DNA of 64,000 bases. Source: Felis catus. Lineage: Eukaryota. Position 1 is the stretch's first letter. Every line of letters begins with the position of its first letter. Of the stretch, positions 1-12,229 are shown piece after piece. The position numbers were made by a program, and so were the translations under genes. The stretch lies in assembly GCF_018350175.1 (NCBI RefSeq), contig NC_058379.1, forward strand, positions 73,160,001 through 73,224,000. Direction: 5' to 3'. Below the pieces are notes generated by a model, which ran no database searches, had not been told where the DNA came from, and was given only the letters and a program-made list of their open reading frames with translations.

Positions 1-984
1 GGCTTATCGTCCCATGGGGTTGGAAGGTAGAAGAAAGTAGAAATAAGGCAGCCAAGTACGGGCGTAAAAGCAGGTACCGCCAGCTAACTCCCGTTTCCAA
101 CTCAACCCAAAACCTCGACTTCTCGTTTCATTGATAGAAGGTTCTTGTTCTTTCTCGACCTCGGGAGTTTTCTGGGTGAAATTCGAAATCGGGCCCATAG
201 GTAGAGGACAAGGGGGGACCGCAGGCAGGCCACGCCAGATCAGGAGGTAGTAGTCTTAAAAAGCAGGAGAACTTAGGTACGAGGTGGGTCTTGGGAGCCC
301 CAAGACCATCAGGTCCCTGCACCGCCTCTTAGAACCGTAAAAGTTTACACGGAGGCCTCACCTGGGTTCTGTCACCAAGTACCGCATTCAGACCGTCTCA
401 GCAACACCTTACCTTCTCAAGTCTGCATCCTGGAAATGACTGCTCTTGAAATGTACGCCCCAAGGATAAGGGCGAGGGGAGGAGCTTCCCATTGCCCGGG
501 TCCAGCTGGAGGGTCAACCGGAGGTTACGCACTCTCAGTGACCTCCAACAGTTTCATTTAAGGAAGGTCAATGACAACGCTATTGTTCCTCCGAAGCCTA
601 CAGAAGAGTAAAACTTCTGTTGAGAATGTCTTCCTTTTCCCTCAAAATGCTGGGTCCATATAGAACAATTATGATGCGGTAGAAAGCCTGGTAGAGTTTT
701 AAAGATTACTATTTCTATTGTTAAAGTGATAACCGATTGTTATTCAATTTAGGAGCAATTACCACTGCCCAGGCGTTAGAGTCAAGCAATTTAACTTAAA
801 TGAGGTATTAGTAGTTGCTTGAATGTGTGATCGCTTTGAAATTCCTTCCAACGTAGTTTTGGGGGGAAAATGTCAAGGGTTGTGAAGATAATTAATTCTC
901 CCGGATGCAAATACCAAGACTCGGAAACCTCTTGTGTAAGAAGACGAGAAAGGAGAGTTAGTTGGCAGTAGTAGTTAGCCCTCT

Positions 985-1420
985 TAAACCAGGCTCTGCT
1001 AGGTGCTCATTTTATAATCTTAAATTACTTTCTGCATCTTTGTTTCCTCATCTGTAATGACTACCTTCCTTGTAGAGTCCCTGGGAGGATTAACTGAGTT
1101 CGTATGTGTGGAACACTTCAGAGCGGTACGTTCTTTTTTTTTCTTTTCTTTTTTTTAATGTTTGTTTATTATTGAGAGACAGAGCATGAGCATGAGCATG
1201 GGAGGGGCAGAGAGAGGGGGAGACACGGAATCCGGAGCAGGCTCCAGGCTCGGAGCCGTCAGCACACAGCCCGACGCGGGGCTCGAACGCACCCACCGTG
1301 AGATCATGACCTGATCCGAAGTCGGACGCTTAACCGACTGAGCCACCCAGGCGCCCAGAGTGGCATATTCTAAGGACTGTGCAATGCTATCTATGTGTGT
1401 GCTGAATACAAACACCGTGA
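985..1420 (+). mobile_element. MIR remnant split by a SINEC insertion
   Basis: tttcctcatctgtaa ... gaggattaactgagtt MIR core; continues after the SINE. Confidence 0.65.
1135..1356 (-). mobile_element. SINEC_Fc-type CanSINE
   Basis: Reverse of GGGCGCCTGGGTGGCTCAGTCGGTTAAGCGTCCGACTTC with A tail; degenerate TSD 1120-1134 / 1357-1371. Confidence 0.95.
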
Positions 1421-1631
1421 TGAAGACCGCTTGTTATTTATGAGGAAAATATTCTGAGATGAACAACACCATTTACATCAGCCATTCGATCCTAACATTT
1501 TTTTTGCACTACAAACACTTCAAGGGTCTGATGGAAGCATATTCATGATGCATGACAGTAAGCTTTGGCGTACAATTTCAGCACGTTTCTGGGCCCAAAG
1601 GAGTCCATGGGCTCTAGGTAAGAAGCCTTGT

Positions 1632-1858
1632 GGGGTTCCTGGGTGGCTTAGTCAGTTAAGCGTCCGACTTCAGCCTAGGTCATGATCTCACGGTCCGTGG
1701 TTTCAAGCCCTGTGTCGGGCTCTGTGCTGACAGCTCAGAGCCTGGAGCCTGCTTGGGATTCTGTGTCTCCCTCTCTCTCTGCCCCTCCCCAACTCGTGCT
1801 CTCTCTGTCTCTCTCTCTCTCTCTCTCAAAAATAAACATTTAAAAAAATTAAAAAAAA
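1632..1858 (+). mobile_element. SINEC_Fc-type CanSINE
   Basis: tRNA-like head, (CT)n tract, AATAAA and A tail. Confidence 0.95.
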
Positions 1859-1884
1859 GATATTTAGCCTCAGACATATAGAGA

Positions 1885-2035
1885 GGGAAGAGGAGAGGCC
1901 CCAAGAGGAATCAGACCTGCTAGCCACTCCATCTTGGATTTCCAGCCTCCACAACTGTGGGAAAGTAAACTGTTGCCCAAGCCCCCCCTCCAGGCGGTGG
2001 CCCTTGGCTCTGGTGGCCCTGGCAAACCAACACAC
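1885..2035 (+). mobile_element. MaLR (MLT1-type) LTR 3' fragment
   Basis: atcttggatttccagcctccacaactgtg ... ggcaaaccaacaca, a typical MLT LTR end. Confidence 0.65.
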
Positions 2036-2249
2036 AGGGTAGTAGAAACCGTGAGAACAACGGACCAAGCTCCACCAGAGCTGAAAGGGTTGCAAAAAAA
2101 AAAAAAAAAAAAAAGAGGAAGGACACTTATTTCTTTACACTTTGATGTGTGGATATCGCAAAGAAGTGAAGAAAAACAGTCACAATCCTGAATTCTGCTG
2201 AGCCTTTATTTCAAAGTACCACCTCTTTTGAAATTCTTCAACTGTCACC

Positions 2250-2990
2250 ACGTGAGACCCTATGAGCGCGTCCAAATGAGGCGGCAATAAATACAAAGCT
2301 TTCAGATCCAGATGAATTGAATTAGAACGGGAAGAGCGAGAAAGACTTAAGAGGCAAGTGCTTACACGCAGAACGACACAGATGCAGGTGGGGCTGGGGC
2401 AGGGCCGGGAGAAGGGGGCGTGGAGGGCTGTGGCTGTCCCCTGTCAAAAACAGCAGTCAGCTTTGTCCGGAGAGCAGAGACTACATCTCCCTGGACAATT
2501 CTTACGCCGTCGCCTTTCGTAATCGAGGGTAACGGCTGGGGCTGCTTCTGCGGGCGGCTAGGACACGAATGTCAACACCAAATGCTTGTTCTGGGAAAAT
2601 AGCAGCCCCGTTCTGTGAGCCACCCCTGCTGGTTTTTCTGTCTCTTAGAACGGGTCCTGAAATGCGGCGCTGCACGCTGCGGTAACGACTGATGAGAGGG
2701 AAGAGGAGAAAGCAGAGGGTGAGGCGGGGGCAAGGCAGCCTCGCCGTGCAACGAGTTCCCTTCCCGAGCCTCGGCAAGAATCACATCCCAGCTCTGGGAA
2801 AGAATCAGGACAGGATTCCCAGTGTATGGGAAACAGAACCTCGGAAGGCTTGTTTTAGAGACTCCGCGCTGACTTTCAACACCTGCTTCGAGGAGCACTT
2901 TTCGTCTTGAGTATTTCCGTGGACGTTGATGAAGGAGCCGGCAATGCTTGTCTTAAATTTTTGTGAATAAAAGCAATTCAGAAACGCGCC
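2250..2990. promoter_or_regulatory. Orphan CpG-island-like segment
   Basis: About 43 CpGs in about 740 bp by hand count, in non-repeat sequence, with GC boxes (GGGGCGTGG, GAGGCGGGG). Intronic background has only a few CpG per kb. Confidence 0.5.
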
Positions 2991-3789
2991 TGCATACATT
3001 TTTTATTCTATTTTTAGGAAGAACGTGGCATCCAGGAAATATATTACATTGATGACTTATTCCCAAGGGTACAGAAAGTGTCCCATTTACCCTGCTTGGG
3101 TCATTACCTCAGCCTGGCCCATCCGAACTGGAGCTATCCTGAAGGTAATGAGGTTGCCTCTCCAACCAAAGGCTAGGAAAAGGGAAGCATTAAAGAAATA
3201 AAGCATGCCATTTAAGCGAAGATGCAACATGCTGAAGAAGCAGTATTTTCTAAAATAGCTAAATGTGGTTTCTTTCAACATGAGACTAGTGCCCCTATTT
3301 CCCTTTAGACTTTGACACAAGCTTTTTCTTTATTTNNNNNNNNNNNNNNNNNNNNNNNNNNNNNNNNNNNNNNNNNNNNNNNNNNNNNNNNNNNNNNNNN
3401 NNNNNNNNNNNNNNNNNNNNNNNNNNNNNNNNNNNNNNNNNNNNNNNNNNNNNNNNNNNNNNNNNNNNNNNNNNNNNNNNNNNNNNNNNNNNNNNTCCTT
3501 TCTTGTTCTTTTCTCCTTCCCGGTTCCTCTGCTTCCCTCAGACCCCCCCCCCCCCACGTTCCACTTGTTAGAGGTCATGTTACTTCTCTCAGTTCTGGGG
3601 TCTTCACCAGAATGTTGTCAAAAAGGTTGCTCTCTCATGTTCTGGAATCGTGGTGGTCCTTCAGGCTGTTCTTTCGGTGAATGTTCTTTTTGTCCATACA
3701 GCCACAAGGGAGATGGTGAAGATGGCGTCCTGCACGCACTTTGGAGCCTGGGTTCTGCCCTGGCTCTAATGTCCACCTGCTGAGCGGTC

Positions 3790-3900
3790 TTGCTGAGGGG
3801 GCTCTATGATTCAGTTTTCTCATCTGCAAAATGGGGATAGTAGTATCTCTCTTGCAGGGGTATTGTGAGTCTAGAACGTAATGAGGTATATGTCTGGCAT
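3790..3900 (+). mobile_element. MIR fragment
   Basis: tcagttttctcatctgcaaaatggggatagtagta core. Confidence 0.7.
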
Positions 3901-3910
3901 TATTGTTTAT

Positions 3911-4159
3911 TAAAGAAATTCCTTTTTTTAATTCTTTTAAATATTTTTTAAATTTTTTATGTTTATTTATTTTTGAGAGAGAGAGAGAGACAGCACAAGT
4001 GGGGGAGGGGCAGAGAGACAGGGAGACACAGAATCCAAGCAGGCTCCAGGCTCTGAGCTGTCAGCACATACCCCGACACGGGGCTCGAACTCACGAACCA
4101 TGAGATCATGACCTGAACCGAAGTCGGACGCTCAACCCACTGAGCCACCCAGGCGCCCC
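3911..4159 (-). mobile_element. SINEC_Fc-type CanSINE
   Basis: Full element; TSD tggcatta(t/a)tgtttat. Confidence 0.95.
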
Positions 4160-4560
4160 TGGCATTAATGTTTATAAGGAGTTATCCTCTGGAGGTTCTC
4201 CAACTCAGTAAGAACTGCTATGCTTTCTCATGGAAATAAGCATGGATTGTAGTAGGAAACAAAGGAACGCCTATCCTGGAAGTGTTTGATCTGTGTCCCT
4301 TCTCTCTGCACTAGCAGGAAGTTAAGACAGAGAGGGGCCTCTGCCCGGTCACTGCAGAGATCAAATCCCTTTTCTCATGTGACACTTTAATGAAGTGACC
4401 ACAAGAGTGACCCTGGGTTTATGCCCCATGGGTCCTTTCCTCTTGTCATCTGTATGTTTACACACAGATCTGATCGTAGTTGGATCGTTTGAAAGCACAA
4501 CCGTGGGGCAAACTGTTTGCAATATATTTACTAGGTTTGCTAGTCCACCCTGCTGATTTT

Positions 4561-4757
4561 CTTTTTCTTTTTTAATTTATTTATTTTGACAGAGATAGAG
4601 ACAGCGAGCAGGGGAGGGGCAGAGAGAGGGAGAGAGATGATCCTAGGCAGGCTCCACACTGTCAGCACAGAGCCCGACGTGGGCTTGAACTCACTGTGCT
4701 GACCTGAGCCAAAACCAAGAGTCGGATGCTTAACCGAATAAGCCACCCAGGTGCACC
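4561..4757 (-). mobile_element. CanSINE (older subfamily)
   Basis: Head and tail motifs; TSD cctgctga(t/c)ttt. Confidence 0.9.
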
Positions 4758-5463
4758 AGCCTGCTGACTTTCTATTCTTTAACATCACCATAAAAGACGA
4801 AGTCAGATGTCAGCATTTTTTTTTCTTCAGGAATTAACCAAAATCTGTCACCAATACCATCCAACAAAACAAAGTAATTAGCCACCAAGGAAGGAAAGAA
4901 ATTGAAAACTGAAACGTACAATACGGAAGATGCTACAATAACATAAGTTCCCCATTTTGGAACATAAGTTCCAAAGCAACACTGACCAAGATATACCTGG
5001 GAAGTCTGCCTCTTCACAAAGCTTCAGAGGAAGGCNNNNNNNNNNNNNNNNNNNNNNNNNNNNNNNNNNNNNNNNNNNNNNNNNNNNNNNNNNNNNNNNN
5101 NNNNNNNNNNNNNNNNNNNNNNNNNNNNNNNNNNNNNNNNNNNNNNNNNNNNNNNNNNNNNNNNNNNNNNNNNNNNNNNNNNNNNNNNNNNNNNNNNNNN
5201 NNNNNNNNNNNNNNNNNNNNNNNNNNNNNNNNNNNNNNNNNNNNNNNNNNNNNNNNNNNNNNNNNNNNNNNTTCCAGACAGATCAGCTGGATCTATTCTG
5301 TACGTCAGCAGTATGGTGATGTTACAGCCAGAGAACTCTCCTATCCATATTTATTTAATGCTAGGATAGCCAAAGAAATTCTGATCTCTAAGGATGAAAT
5401 AGCTTAGTGTCTTTCATGAAAGACAAGAAAAAGATCATTCAAAATGCTTGATAAAGAGATATT

Positions 5464-5671
5464 GGAGCACCTGGGTGGCTCAGTCAGGCCTTTAACTCTC
5501 CATTTCGGCTCAGGTCAGGATCTCGCGGCTCATGAGTTGAAGCCCCATGTTGGGCTCCGTGCTGACAGCAGGGAGACTGCTTGGGACCCTGTCTGTCCCT
5601 CTCTTTTTGCCCCTCCCCATTCATGTGTGCACTCTCTTTCTCAAAGTAAATAAATAAACTTAAAAAAAAAA
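5464..5671 (+). mobile_element. CanSINE (older subfamily)
   Basis: Head and A tail; TSD aaagagat(a/g)tt. Confidence 0.9.
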
Positions 5672-5731
5672 AGAGATGTTAAAATGAATATCAGGATTAA
5701 GTTATGAATCCATAAGAACAAGAATAAGATT

Positions 5732-5935
5732 GGGGTGTCTGGGTAGCTCAGTTGTTTCAGTGTCCAACTTTGGCTCAGGTCATGATCTCACAGTTTGTGA
5801 GTTCAAGCCCTGCGTGGGGCTCTGTGCTGACAGCTCAGAGCCTGGAGCCTGCTTTGGATTCTCTGTCTCCCTCCATCTCTGCCCCTCCCCCCTCCCACTA
5901 GTGCTCTCTCAAAAATAAACATGAAAAAAATTTTT
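5732..5935 (+). mobile_element. SINEC_Fc-type CanSINE
   Basis: Head, body ctgacagctcagagcctggagcctgc and tail. Confidence 0.9.
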
Positions 5936-6299
5936 TAAGAAGATCATTAAGATTACATGATAGCATTTTCCTCTTCCACAAAGATTGTGATTACCATGCA
6001 AACAGCATTTCCACATTACATTGGATTAGGCCAGAGGACAAAGATGATGTCTAACTCCTGTGTTGCATTTGGAGACTAGTTGATATTTTCATTATCGTAC
6101 CCAGCACAACCCTGAGCATATATTAAGGTGAATGAATGCAACTCTCTGAAGCAAAATACAGAAAGATTAAAAACAGAGCAATTGCCTCATATGTGTGTCT
6201 GACTTATCTTGAATTTAGAACTTCACTAAGCACAGAATGTGAGACTACCCTTTTGTTTAATCCTCTCAACAATAAACAAATTCTTTAAGATGTGTTAAG

Positions 6300-6710
6300 A
6301 CCTTCAAGTTTTGATATTGAAACAGTGGGGTAATACCCCTTGACAGATGAATAGGTAACAATGGATAAACAAACATCCATAGCAATAATTGAATGGCCCT
6401 CCAGTGACATGACTTATACCAATCCCACAAAGCCATATATTGTAGGATTCCATCCATACAACATTCTGGAAAGACAAACACTACAGAGAATGGAAAACAG
6501 ATGGGTGGCTGACAAGGGATTATGGTAGGGAAGGGGGGGTCATAACCAAGGGGGTAGCATAAGGGAATTTGGGAGGGTGGTGGTGACAGAACTTTCCCCT
6601 ATCAAATATAGTGGTGGATATAGAACTATTCATCTGTCAATACTCATAGGCCTATACTTCAAAAAGACTGAATTTTAGTGCATATGATTTTAAAAATAAA
6701 TATTTTTTTA
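6300..6710 (+). mobile_element. Old L1 (L1M) 3'UTR fragment
   Basis: gattccatccatacaacattctggaaagacaaacactacagag ... G-rich tract ... aaaaataaa. Confidence 0.65.
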
Positions 6711-6868
6711 AAAATCCCAGAATGGTATGGAATCATTCAGGCATGAAGGAGCACTTTAGAAGGAGCACTTTAGAAGGAGCACTTTTCTACCTACCCCACC
6801 CCATTCGCCTCTGGTGAGTGACATTTACCTGATGGGCAAAATAAAATACTCAGATATCTCCATAAAGC

Positions 6869-7080
6869 CTTTTTTTTTTTTTTTTTAATTTATTTTTGGG
6901 ACAGAGAGAGACAGAGCATGAACGGGGGAGGGGCAGAGAGAGGGAGACACAGAGTCGGAAACAGGCTCCAGGCTCCGAGCCATCAGCCCAGAGCCTGATG
7001 CGGGGCTTGAACTCACGGACCGCGAGATCGTGACCTGGCTGAAGTTGGACGCTTAACCGACTGCGCCACCCAGGCGCCCC
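6869..7080 (-). mobile_element. Young SINEC_Fc
   Basis: Near-consensus; TSD taaagccttt. Confidence 0.95.
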
Positions 7081-7109
7081 GTAAAGCCTTTTTTTAAAAA
7101 GTCCCTCTT

Positions 7110-7342
7110 GGGGCACCTGGGTGGCTCAGTCGGTTGAGCATTTGACTTCTGCTCAGGTCATGATCTCAAGGTTCGTGAGTTCAAGCCCTGCGTCCCCACG
7201 TCGGGCTCTGTGCGGGCAGCTTGGAGCCTGGAGCCTGCTTAGGATTCTGTGTCTCCCTCTCTCTCTCTGCCCCTCCCCAGCTTGTACTCTGTCTCTTCCT
7301 CTCTCAAAAATAAATAAACATTAAAAAATTTTTTTTATAAAA
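7110..7342 (+). mobile_element. SINEC_Fc-type CanSINE
   Basis: Full element; TSD about aaaaagtc(c/t)ctct. Confidence 0.95.
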
Positions 7343-7363
7343 AAAAAGTCTCTCTCTTCACAC

Positions 7364-7570
7364 CAAGGTTTTGGCACCATGGACATCGGGGGTGCTGTTC
7401 CATGCATTGTAGGATTTGAAGCTGCGTCCTTGTCCTCTACTCACTTGATGTCAACAGCAAGTGCACCCTCTTCCTTCTTTGTGAGAACCAAACATGGCTC
7501 AACACTGCCACATGTCCCAGTAGAGGGAGCGGGGGAGGCGGGCAAAATTACCCCCAGACTGAGAACCACC
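7364..7570 (-). mobile_element. MER20 (hAT-Charlie) remnant
   Basis: tgcattgtaggat ... ggcaaaattacccccagactgagaaccac resembles reversed MER20. Confidence 0.7.
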
Positions 7571-8190
7571 GATTTCGACTCATGTTTAGAATTACTTTAT
7601 AGAATTGTATATGCCGAACTATGATAGGAGATTTAGAGTTTTTGAGGATAATTTTGACTATATATGTTTTCACCTTCTTTAATGATTTTCAAACCTCAGG
7701 CCCTCCCCAGATATGATAACTCTATTGTAGAAATAATGTGTGTCAAGACTCCTGTTCTCCTGTCCTATAGACTCAGGAGCTGGTTTATCCCTTTCACTAG
7801 AGTCATAAGCTTAGAACCAAAAATGTTCTATTATGATGTAGATAAAAGGGTGGATTTTTTAAAGGTCTAAAAAGTATTAAATTAAAGGTAGGAAAGACCT
7901 ATGACTTTGTAATTGCTGCAATAATTATTATTGCTAAAGTTTAATGGAGATGATTGCTTTTCCTTTCCAGGAGGTAAAATGTTGGCAAGATTACTCAGTC
8001 TGTGGCCTTGTTGTTTATTCTTATACCATATTTTTGCTCCAGATTAAGAAAAAAGGAAGCAATTATTTCTCAATTAGCTTATACGGTTCGTGAAGAAAGA
8101 GCAGCAGAGAGATTCTCTTGCTTATCTTATGGGATGAATGCAAAGAAATATTCCTGTGTAGTAGGAAGAGGAGAGTTGAAAAATGAGGCT

Positions 8191-8392
8191 GGGGGCACCT
8201 GGGGGGCTCAGTCGGTTAAGCGTCCGACTCTTGATTTCAGCTCAGGTCGTGATCTCAGTTTCATGGTTTCGAGCCCCACATAGCGGGCTCTGTACTGGCA
8301 GTGCAGAGCCTGCTTGGGATTCTCTCTCTGCCCCTCCCAACTCACACAGTCTCCGTCTCTCTCAAATAAACTTAAGAAAAAAAAGAAAAGGA
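8191..8392 (+). mobile_element. CanSINE (older subfamily)
   Basis: gggggcacctggggggctcagtcggttaagcgtccgactcttgatttc head and A-rich tail. Confidence 0.9.
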
Positions 8393-11139
8393 AAAGAAGG
8401 CTTTAGTGGAATGGCATTATATGCTAATTGCCCTTTAAGTATGATCATTCTAGAATGCCTAAATATTAACCTGATTATCAACCAAATTTTGCTGAGGGTC
8501 GTGGTAATAACTAAGGTAGAATCTGCTACCAAAACACTTGCCACAAAGTGTATGGTAAAGAATTTGGCCTTGACCAGAAAAGACTAACCATGGCCTTCAG
8601 CTTGTGGGAGGTAACACTGTATGTCATACTTGATAAGAGTGTCTCTATCTTAACTAAGGGTTTTAGCCCGGAGTGTCCACAGGTAAGCCGCGTAGACCAA
8701 GGACAAGAATGTCATCTGAGGAATTCAGACCTCGTCCAAAAGGATAGAAACCCACTGTAAATATGACTCGGAACACCGGGTAATCTAAGAGGCATTTGAG
8801 AAAGGCCTGGCAGCACTACTTAAAATGGCACAGAGCTGGAGAAGCTGGTGGCAGGGAGAGCAGATAGAAGCCACTGTAGTGACCCAGACAGGGTTCACAA
8901 AAGCCTGCACATGAGTAGCGCAAGAAAAATGATACTGAGAAAGAAAACTTGACAAAACTCCTGGTGACTATTAGTACTCAAAGTGAAGTCTAAATTTGGG
9001 CATGTACCAGTTAGCAATAGCTTAAAAGAGAGAGGAGAGAGAGAGAGAGAGAGAGAGAGACATTCATTGTATGTTGGTATTGTTGATTTAGCAAACAGCC
9101 CAGGGGAGGTATTAACAGAGCTAGTCCAAGAATTTAACATTGACCTTGAGAATCTGGGCTCTTCCTGATTTGCCAATCCATCCCCCTTGCAGTGTTGCTT
9201 TTTCACCTTCACATTTGTCTCTTCAAGGTCACGTGATGGCTGCTGAAGATCTAAGCCTCAGATCTTAATTAGGAACTTAAAGGTGGCATCGGCACAGCTG
9301 TGAATAGCCATCAGGTTAACCAGCCTTCTGTACCTGCCACAGATGGTTAAATAAAGAAATGGAAAAGAGAAGATGTTCCCTTTTCTATTTGACTATTTGA
9401 GGATATGATCTAAGTTTAGGAGTAGACATCTGAATTAACAAGAGAACTCTAAGTAGACATGTTTGTGAGAGTATAAATTTCTTCATTGTCACATTTATCT
9501 CTTCCCCAAATTCCTCTGTATTCAGGTAGGGATCTCCTTGAGTGGTCTGAATTATCTCCATTCTTTAGCATTCTCCCTTTATTTCCTTTTGCCTCTTTGC
9601 TGGTCTTGAAGGATATGGCAGTGGAGGCTACGGGATTTCATTAAAAAAAAAAAAAAAAATTAGAAGAACAAAGATTGCGACTACTCCCTGAATGAATTTA
9701 AAGCTGAATGTGTTTTGACTCCCCGAGTCACTGTGTTTCCCCAGTGCTAAGTGTTTTCCGTGTCAGGTGACTAATCAATCCCTTTTCACAGCAGCGTGGG
9801 GAAAACTTAAATCTAGTTTGTGCCAAGGCAGCACCACAGTTTTTAAAAATAACTGTGATAGCTATACGGTTGTGGTTTTCTCATTTATAACATTATACTG
9901 AGTGTTTTGGGGGACGGAGGGGAGGGAAAGAGAAGGTTTTCAAAGAAGGCATTCATTCCCACCATGAACAGCATTTTCCACCATGTTGCTGCTGTATCTT
10001 TCTCGTTGAGTTTCCAAACGTTTCTATTTTCACACAACTAGCTATTGTTGGGTCCCAGGCCTTCAGCAAATCATGCTGTGATCAACAAGGCACTCTGACC
10101 CCTCGCCATCAACCTCTCCCACCCTCACACACAAAACTCCTTGCTTTTTCTCTCCTGATCCCAGGAGTATCTGTCCAGTCAACAAAATTCAGGCTAACTC
10201 CTCAAAAGCAGGTTCTAATCCCCCCCAAAATTCTCTAGGGTATTTTGTTTTGTTTTGTTTTGTTTTTAGAGAAGGGGCTGCTACCATTTGTGAAATACAT
10301 ACCATATACCAGGCACTATGATATATATTCTCTATTGAGAGCTTTATGGAAGCTATAGATACCCCCGGAGAAGGGCATGTTATCACAAACTTTTGCATCC
10401 AATGGCAAGAGGAGGTTCCTTGAACCCCAGATAAGGAGACTTGCACCAGGGTAGTGGTCTCAAAACTCTTTTAATTTAGAAACAAAATTTCAGAAACAAA
10501 AGCATATATCCCAATTATTTATGGAATTTACTTATAAATTACCTACATGTACTGCTCTACTAATATGTGTATCATAAAACACTCCAAAATTTAGATCTTA
10601 AAAGGATAAGATGCGAGCACTTATCAAAAGGCCAGAGTTTTTCCCACGGCTGGTGAATGCTTTTATGCATGCCCAAGTCACACGTGCAGATACACCCCAC
10701 TTCAAACCCCTTCCCCAGGACCTGTGCCCATTGCATCTTGCTGCTGGACGTCTCACAGCATCTTGTTCATGAAGCAAAAAGCTGAAAGTAGTACAACAGG
10801 AAGAAAACGCTAACAGCCCCCTGCAGATCAAAATAACTCCCAACATTCTGTGACTAGGAAACTGCACCTGTTCCCACCTCTTGTAAAAGAGAAGTAATCC
10901 TGGTAAAGATTGCTCAGCAGAAGAGATCACTGGAAAAGCTTTGACTACTCCCACATAAAAGAAGCAGGTTTCCTATTAAAAAAAAAAAAAAAAATCACTC
11001 TGCCCTATATAAGCTCTCAGGCCACAGTCACACTGTACTTAATAAACCATACCGTGTTATTCTCTGTCACAGAAAGAAATGCAGCTTGAAACCCAAGTGG
11101 GGAAGGGCATCGGAAGGTTGCATGGCATTCTAGAAACAG

Positions 11140-11335
11140 AAGACCTCTGCATTCAAATTCCACCGCTGCACCTTTCTGGCTTGACTAAGTCATTTAACCT
11201 GCTCCTTAGGCTCCTCGGCTCTTACATGGGGACAACATGTGCATATTTCATAGCTTAAATGTAAGTTAAAATTCAAACATGACATTAATGGGGGTGAAAG
11301 TGTTCTATAAATTATGAAATGCTGTATAAATGAAA
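11140..11335 (+). mobile_element. MIR fragment
   Basis: ttcaaattccacc ... taagtcatttaacct ... pattern. Confidence 0.55.
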
Positions 11336-12229
11336 TAACTTTTGTCCTCCTGCTATCAAAACAAAAGCCGAGTGATTGACAGAGTGACACATGCCCTTCT
11401 AGAGAAATCAGTGTGTAAATTTTCAAAGTTCACCTCAGACCCTTTGAGACATGCAGATTGGTAGCTCACTACCCCAATTCCCAATCCCCCAGCTACTCCT
11501 AGGTAATCCTGTGTAAGTGCCTGATGGAACTGCCTTCATGGAACTAGAATTTCGGTGAAGGCCATTCACTGGAGTAGATTTTGTAGAGAGGTCACATCTG
11601 CATCCCAGGAGTGAAGGCAGGCAGGACAACGAAGCTATGTTAACCCGGGCAGAGGCTTGGAAGCTATGGCCTCACAATGTGTAGTTGGCCTCCCTCTGAT
11701 TCTGTGGAGAAGCTTTCAGCCCTTCTGCTCAGTAGACATACCCGCAGCACACGACTAAGCAAATGTCTTCGCAAATGGGAGTAGTGTCACTGAGTAAGCT
11801 CTGAAAGCTTTGGGGCCCTAAACCCCATCTAAAGCCCCTTGCGTCCAGGAAACACAGGCCAGAGATGTGTTTCATGGATTAAGTCATTGAAGATGACTTA
11901 CACAAACATTTTTAAAGCTTCAAAATTTATTGCTGTACACTTTTCGCATAGCATTGACTATGGAAATACTGATAGTGCAAATATTTATTTTGGACTTTGT
12001 AGCATTTGAGATCACAAAGCTTTTTGATATCTTTTGCAATCATTTACGAAGATCTCTATTACTCAACTTATCTTTCAAATTCAAACAAGTACTCTTATAT
12101 TCAGCGAGATTACATAATGCTCTCAAGATCTCTCTCTAGAACAAAAGAAATACACTGGAAGCCACCAGGGGCATTCCTTTCCTTGATAATACATTCGTCT
12201 CACAACACTTTTTCAACTGCAAGTCTCTT

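Noticed and set aside
287-308. 9-bp stem ggtcttggg / cccaagacc
   Set aside because: Short hairpin expected by chance in 64 kb; no miRNA or snoRNA features.
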